The notes under the pieces: generated by a model
The model's input: only the letters and a program-made list of their open reading frames with translations
What the model was told of the DNA's origin: nothing
The model's database searches: none
Part shown: one piece after another, positions 58,524-64,000 of the stretch
How positions within the stretch are numbered: position 1 is the first letter of the stretch
How the letters are laid out: each line of letters opens with the position of its first letter
Made by a program: the position numbers and the translations under genes
Assembly: GCA_963700275.1 (NCBI GenBank)
Contig: CAVOWZ010000020.1
Span: 63,855-127,854 of the forward strand
DNA: 64,000 nucleotides
Source: an uncultured Bacteroidales bacterium
GTDB lineage: Bacteria > Bacteroidota > Bacteroidia > Bacteroidales > VadinHA17
Direction: 5' to 3'

Positions 58524-60684
58524 TTACCGAAAAAACATCTCAAGCCAGAAATTATTTGCTTCATTTCTTGAATGAAAAGCTTTTGCACCGCCCCAGCCAT
58601 GACGTCCGTTAGGGTAAAGCATGAACCGGAATATTTTACCTTCATCCTGCAGCTTTGAAATCAGATATATTGAATTCTGCATGTGGACGTTATCATCCAG
58701 ATCGCCGTGAGTCAGGTAGAGTTTCCCCTTGTAATCCTTAACCCAGGTCAGGGCCGAACCATCCCTGTAACCTTCCGGATTATCCTGAGGTGTGTCCATA
58801 AAACGTTCGGTATAAATATTATCATAAAGCCTGTAATCTGTGACTGAGGATCCTGCGAAACCATGAGTCCAGTACTCCGCCCCTTTTGTAAGTGCGAGGC
58901 AGGTCATATATCCTCCGTATGAACTTCCGGTTATCCCCATCCTGGAGGGATCAACAAACGTCTTTGAGCGAAGCCACTTAACAGCATCGGCATAATCAAG
59001 TATCTCCCATTTTCCCAGGTTGCGGTGAAGATAATCGAGCCCTTTTTTCCCAAACTGACCCGATCCCCTGTGATCAACAGAGAAGGTAATTATCCCGTTC
59101 TGTGCATACCACGAAGCATTATTCCCCTGCCACCTGTTACTTACATTTTTGGAATCAGGTCCGCCATATATTGTAAAAACAACAGGGTATTTACCTGCCG
59201 GATCAAAATTCAAGGGGTAAGTAATTATTGCAGGCATATTGAACAGTCCGTCGGCTGTAGGTATCCTTATCATTTCAGCTCTTGAATTCTTTAGCCGGAT
59301 CGAAAGAATTATCAAATTTATGGATCTCCCTTACAAGCTTACCCTTTCTGTCATAAGCAAGTATTGAACCCGGACTGGAAATATTGCTCCATGAATCAAT
59401 ATAATAACTTCCTTTTGGTGAAATGTTTACAGTATGGGTTCCTTCACCTTTTGTAAGCTGTAACAGGTTTGTGCCATCAAGACCGACCCTGAAGGCATGA
59501 TTATCTGTTGACTCAGTTCCGGTCGCAGTAAAATACAGCAGCTTCAGATCTTCATCCACCCTGCTTATCGAGTTCACCCTGAAATCAAAGTCTGTCAGCC
59601 TGACCTTCAAACTTCCGTCCCAGCCGTAATAATAAAGGTTTTCCCAATCGTCCCTGTAACTCCTGATTATGAAGCCTGATCCGTTTTCCATTACATAAAT
59701 ATCTTCTCTGAACTCAACCCAGGTTTTACGGGATTCGTTATATATCTGCCTGAAGTCGCCGGTTTCAGCATCGGCAAGTATTATCTTTAGATCATTCTGA
59801 TCGCGGTTAACGATCTGGACAGCCAGATTCCTGCTATCGGGTGTCCAGAATGGCCAGGCAATGTACTGATCGATGGAATAGTCAGTCTTAACCCAAACTG
59901 TTTTCGAAGTGGATATATCAGCAATTCCCATTTTGACTTTCGGATTAGGATCACCAGACTTGGGATAAGGCACCTGTTCAAGCTTCCCATGAAGACCATC
60001 AGCCTCATCGAGCCTGTTGAGAGTGAAAAGAGGCACATCACTTTCATCAGTCCTGAGATATGCTATTTTTGTCCCGTCAGGTGACCACCAGAATGCTGCA
60101 TAACTGCTTGCCCTGCCAAGGATCTCCTCCATATAGACCCATGAAGCATAACCATTATAGACCCTGTCAGAAGCATCAGATGTAAGGCGGATTTCTTTTA
60201 AACCGATGAGATCAAAAACATACATGTCCTTGTCGCGTGTATAAGCAATTTTTGTTCCGTCATCACAAAACCTGACATTTACCTCATCTGAACTGCTGTT
60301 TGTTATCCGGCGGAGTTCCCTGTCACCTTTCTTAAAATAGAAAAGGTCATTGTCTTTTGTTTTAATCAGGCTCTTATTATCAGGGCTGATGACATCATCC
60401 GGACTGAGTTCCAATCCTGGAGGAAGAGATTTCCCGAGGAGCTCCCGGTCTGTTTCAGGCATTGAAACAACTGCAGCTTTCCCGCTTCTGATGTCAACAA
60501 TCTGAATTACAGTCTTCTTTTCAGAATCAAAGGTCCTTATAAGGTAATGAGTGTCATCTAACCATCCAAGTACAGCAACCTGATTCTGATTGCGAAAGGG
60601 CATCTGCCCGAATGCCTGTTTCCCTTGTATGGTAAATAAAAAAAGCAGGGTAACGGAGGTAAGGGATATAAGTAGTTTTTTCAT
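58524..60684 (-). pseudogene. Dipeptidyl-peptidase IV-like S9B serine peptidase, split by one +1 frameshift near 59280
   Basis: ORF 59275..60684 is the DPPIV N-terminal propeller (..YASWVYMEEILGR..WWSPDGTKIAYLR..). ORF 58524..59315 is the S9 catalytic domain (GITGSSYGGYM, ..HGDLDDNVH..). The junction reads ..DPAKEFK/RAEMIRIP... Confidence 0.85.
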
Positions 60685-60936
60685 CAGTATATAATTTTTA
60701 TTTTAATGGTCTGATGGAACCCACATGTCTGAAAATTATATAAATACGTGTTTGTGTATGCAATACATGTGGGTTTCATCATTAATATTATTTTTATTGC
60801 CGGAAACGGATTTTGTACCTGTTAAGTTATCTGACCGGTAAAAATAGAAATTATGGACAGCTGTTCAGTATCTTCGAACAGTTTTTTAAACATAATATTT
60901 TACTTTAAATTCGATGTTGTTATAAACCTGATAGAG

Positions 60937-62574
60937 ATGAACAGAACATTTATCCTTTTATTGATACTTTTTATCGTCAGCTCCTGCGCTTCACATAAGC
61001 AGGACTTTAGCAAAGCGCTGAAAAGCATAACAACCAGTGATATTGAATGTTATGTTGCAGACCTTGGAAGCGACATGTTCATGGGCAGGAAGCCTTTTAC
61101 CGAAGGGGAAAGAATTACTGTTAATTATCTTGCAGAGCAGTTAAAAAATATTGGTTTTGAACCGGCATTCAGCGGAAGCTATTTTCAGAAAGTCCCGATG
61201 GTAGAGATAAGCTCCTCTGTTGATGAACTTGTAATAACAAGATCTTCAAAAACTTTGTTCAGGTTCAAAACACCGGATGAAGTAGCTGTTGTAAGCCCGA
61301 TGGAAACCAGCCGGGTGTTTGTTTCAAATATGCCTGTCGTTTTTGCCGGATTCGGTATAGTTGCACCAGAATATGGCTGGAATGATTATGCAGGACTTGA
61401 TGTAAAGGACAAAATCGTCGTCGTTCTGATAAATGATCCGGGTTTATATACTGGTGACAGCACGCTTTTCAGGGGAAGGGAGATGACCTATTACGGCAGA
61501 TGGACTTACAAGTATGAAGAAGCTGCACGGCAGGGTGCTGCCGGCATAATTATAATTCATGAGACTGAAGGTGCAGGATATGAATATACAATTCCAAGGA
61601 AGAGCTCACTATCTCCCAAACTTTATATAAAGGATTACAGTAAAAACAATCCGGTATGTAATTTTACCGGTTGGTTTTCATCGGAAGCAGCGGACAGGTT
61701 ATTGGGAAGTTGTGGTATGCGGGTCGACAGCCTGAGACTGGCTGCCTGCACGAAAGGATTCAGGGGTTTCCCCCTTAATTTAAATGGGTCACTAAGCTGC
61801 AATAATGAGATAGTAAACAATGAATCGTCAAATGTAGCCGGTATTCTTAAGGGATCAGAAAAGCCGGATGAATGTATAATTTATACCGCGCACTGGGATC
61901 ATTTCGGGATCGGAGAAAAAGAAAACGGGGATTCCATATATAACGGGGCAATCGACAACGGAACATCCATGGCATGGGAACTTGCTATCGGCAAAGCCTT
62001 CGCATCCCTTGAAAACAGACCGTCGAGGAGCATCATGCTTCTCTTCCCTACAGCTGAAGAACAAGGTCTGGTTGGTTCAGCATATTATACCGAACACCCG
62101 GTTATCCCAATGGACAATACTGTAGCCTGCCTGAATAATGATCTTATGCTTCCCATTGGTAAAATGAAGGATGTTATGATAACCGGATACGGGCAGTCTG
62201 AACTGGATGAGTATGCTGCCAGGGCTGCCCTGGCTCAGGACAGGTACATTACCGGCGACCCGAATCCTCATACGGGAATGTATTTCAGATCGGATCATTT
62301 TGCATTTGCAGCAAAGGGAGTACCCTCTTTGTTCGCCAGAGGAAATATTGAAAGCCGGAAATATGGTAAAGAGTGGGCAGCAGGCCAGGAGAAAGATTTT
62401 ATCCTGAATATATACCACAGACCTGCTGATAATTATTACCCTGAGAAATGGGATCTTGAGGGAATTGCAGAAGATGCCGGCTTTGCATTTACTATAGGAT
62501 ACAAGCTGGCAACATCTGATCATTTTCCCGGATGGAATTCTGGCTCTGAGTTTAAACATTTAAGAAACAGATAA
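60937..62574 (+). CDS. M28-family aminopeptidase with PA domain, lipoprotein
   Basis: The start is moved to MNRTFILLLILFIVSSC (ATG at 60937). Metal-ligand motifs are AHWDHFG, DNGTSMA and EEQGLVGS. Confidence 0.85.
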   Translation: MNRTFILLLILFIVSSCASHKQDFSKALKSITTSDIECYVADLGSDMFMGRKPFTEGERITVNYLAEQLKNIGFEPAFSGSYFQKVPMVEISSSVDELVITRSSKTLFRFKTPDEVAVVSPMETSRVFVSNMPVVFAGFGIVAPEYGWNDYAGLDVKDKIVVVLINDPGLYTGDSTLFRGREMTYYGRWTYKYEEAARQGAAGIIIIHETEGAGYEYTIPRKSSLSPKLYIKDYSKNNPVCNFTGWFSSEAADRLLGSCGMRVDSLRLAACTKGFRGFPLNLNGSLSCNNEIVNNESSNVAGILKGSEKPDECIIYTAHWDHFGIGEKENGDSIYNGAIDNGTSMAWELAIGKAFASLENRPSRSIMLLFPTAEEQGLVGSAYYTEHPVIPMDNTVACLNNDLMLPIGKMKDVMITGYGQSELDEYAARAALAQDRYITGDPNPHTGMYFRSDHFAFAAKGVPSLFARGNIESRKYGKEWAAGQEKDFILNIYHRPADNYYPEKWDLEGIAEDAGFAFTIGYKLATSDHFPGWNSGSEFKHLRNR

Positions 62575-62709
62575 ATAACTATTCGATTGTACCTGTTGTT
62601 TTTTAACTAACACATACAAAAATCAACTTACAACAGCACTACCTATTTAAATTGCATTTTATTTAGTGTTATTTTTTTCACATTGTTATTTATTTCACAC
62701 TAAAATTAT

Positions 62710-62717
62710 TATCTTTG
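62710..62717 (+). promoter_or_regulatory. Candidate -7 box (TAnnTTTG) upstream of the ferredoxin/NuoF-like operon
   Basis: tatctttg lies about 130 nt upstream of the 62844 ATG in a long AT-rich gap. Confidence 0.3.
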
Positions 62718-62843
62718 CATCGTCATTCTAACCAGAAAATAAAAGATAAACCGCTTAACATAAAGAACATCATATTTTGAATAATTTTAAGCAGAATATC
62801 TGTTCTGAATTAATTAACTGAAATAAACTAAATAATAAAAAGC

Positions 62844-63191
62844 ATGTCACAAATCAAGTCACTTGCGGATCTTAAAAAGAAGCGCGAGGAAATCAAGGCT
62901 GGGCTGGACGTCAGAATAAAGGCGATTGATTCCGAGAATCACGTTCAGGTAAAAGTAGCCATGGCTACATGCGGGATTGCTGCAGGAGCTAAATCCATCA
63001 TGGAGTTTTTTGTGGAACAGTTGGACAGGAGGAACATACCCGGGGTTGTTACACAGACCGGATGTATGGGTTACTGTTATGCTGAACCAACAATCGAAGT
63101 AAAACTTCCGGGAAGTGATCCGGTTGTTTTCGGGTTTGTCGATTTGAAAAGAGCCGATCAGATCATCGAGAAGTATATTAAAGGAAGGTGA
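62844..63191 (+). CDS. Thioredoxin-like [2Fe-2S] ferredoxin-domain protein (small hydrogenase/diaphorase-associated subunit)
   Basis: ..VKVAMATCGIAAGA.. and ..TGCMGYCYAEPTIEV.. are cysteine motifs. The 3' end is uncertain because the adjacent frame stays open (..GELIDGIIPVNYETIDSKK..) into the next gene. Confidence 0.65.
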   Translation: MSQIKSLADLKKKREEIKAGLDVRIKAIDSENHVQVKVAMATCGIAAGAKSIMEFFVEQLDRRNIPGVVTQTGCMGYCYAEPTIEVKLPGSDPVVFGFVDLKRADQIIEKYIKGR

Positions 63192-63258
63192 ACTTATCGA
63201 TGGCATCATCCCTGTTAATTATGAAACAATAGATTCAAAGAAGAATAGGAGGACAGAC

Positions 63259-64000
63259 ATGTCAAAATACAACATGCATATACTCGTTTGCGGAGGTACA
63301 GGATGCCAGTGCTTCGGAAAGCGATGCAATTGTCGAGCAACTTAAGGAAGGAACTCAAGGCAAAAGGACTTGATGACAAGGTACAGGTGATTATTACAGG
63401 ATGTTTCGGTTTCTGTGAAAAGGGTCCGATTGTAAAAGTAATGCCTGATAATACATTCTACTACCCAGGTAAACCTGAAGATGCCCAGGACAATTGTCGA
63501 GGAACACGTTATCAAAGGCCGAAAAGTCACCAGGCTTTTATTTAAAGATCCTGAAACAGAAGAACCATTGGATGATTCGAAACAAATGGGATTCTACAAG
63601 AAACAAATCAGGATCGCCCTCCGGAACTGCGGCTTCATCAATCCGGAAAATATTGATGAATATATAGCCAGGGATGGATACCATGGCACTTGGAAAGGTG
63701 CTTATCGGAAATGACACCCGCAGGAAGACATTAAAGTAATAAAAACATCCGGACTGAGGGGCCGTGGCGGTGCTGGATTCCCAACCGGACTGAAATGGGA
63801 AATAGCATGCGAAGAATCAGGCGGACCAGAAATATGTGGTTTGCAATGCGGATGAAGGTGACCCGGGAGCATTCATGGACCGTTCGGTCCTCGAAGGTGA
63901 TCCGCATTCGGTTCTTGAAGCTATGGCAATTATGCGGGTACAGTACGGTGCTTCAAATGGTGTTATATATATCCGGGCTGAATATCCCGCTGGCAATTGA
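63259..64000 (+). pseudogene. NuoF/HydB-like NADH-binding flavoprotein subunit, N-terminal ~240 codons, riddled with frameshifts; continues past the window edge
   Basis: Stitching across frames gives [123 protein letters not shown]../[34 protein letters not shown]... The [10 protein letters not shown] and [10 protein letters not shown] motifs are diagnostic. Confidence 0.75.

Noticed and set aside
1-64000. Search for prophage, integrative element, toxin-antitoxin, restriction-modification or other defence modules, and for tRNA/rRNA genes
   Set aside because: I recognised no integrase, transposase, nuclease/helicase/ATPase defence-type proteins or phage structural genes among the ORFs. No tRNA-like T-arm/anticodon patterns or rRNA segments were seen either. 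Absence is judged by eye only, and tRNAscan or Infernal should confirm it.

Overview
This 64-kb window looks like a chromosomal segment from a Bacteroidota-type genome. The reasons are a SusC/SusD pair, many lipoprotein or signal-peptide enzymes, TAnnTTTG-like -7 boxes and AT-rich intergenic DNA. I found no rRNA, tRNA, CRISPR array, integrase, transposase or recognisable defence gene.

Gene content, left to right:
- 1-4.8 kb: housekeeping membrane and protease genes (CNNM/CorC transporter, M48 peptidase, hflK, hflC).
- 4.9-18.8 kb: a dense block of exported enzymes. It holds three paralogous amidohydrolases, two SelA/DgaE-like PLP enzymes, a RidA protein, a DUF362 protein, two xylose-isomerase-like TIM barrels and a GHL10-like lipoprotein. 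Six carry twin-arginine signals. I consider this the best candidate for an undescribed system: a periplasmic deacylation/deamination pathway.
- 18.8-26.4 kb: LtaS-like transferase, Yip1, speA, a cold-shock protein, pgl and zwf.
- 26.5-31 kb: a polyprenyl-phosphate-sugar envelope-modification module (ArnT-like, ArnC-like GT2, flippase-like protein, UDP-sugar epimerase).
- 31.3-37.3 kb: gltB and gltD, preceded by a leader that contains a terminator.
- 38.2-58.4 kb: a polysaccharide utilisation locus (SusC, SusD, GH106-like, GH78 rhamnosidase, two heparinase II/III-like proteins, one unknown hydrolase) with pntA/pntB embedded in it.
- 58.5-62.6 kb: a DPP-IV-like peptidase and an M28 peptidase.
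- 62.8 kb to the end: the start of a NuoE/NuoF-like (hydrogenase or diaphorase) operon.

Non-coding oddities:
- A 73-nt G/C-run palindromic element occurs as inverted copies that bracket seven genes of the exported-enzyme block.
- There is a 217-nt nested inverted-repeat element.
- Several short-period intergenic tandem arrays occur, with 6-, 8-, 8- and 10-11-nt units.

Sequence quality: four genes are each split by a single frameshift, and the last ~750 nt carry a dense run of +1 frameshifts. This points to sequence-quality problems that must be excluded before any pseudogene is called.
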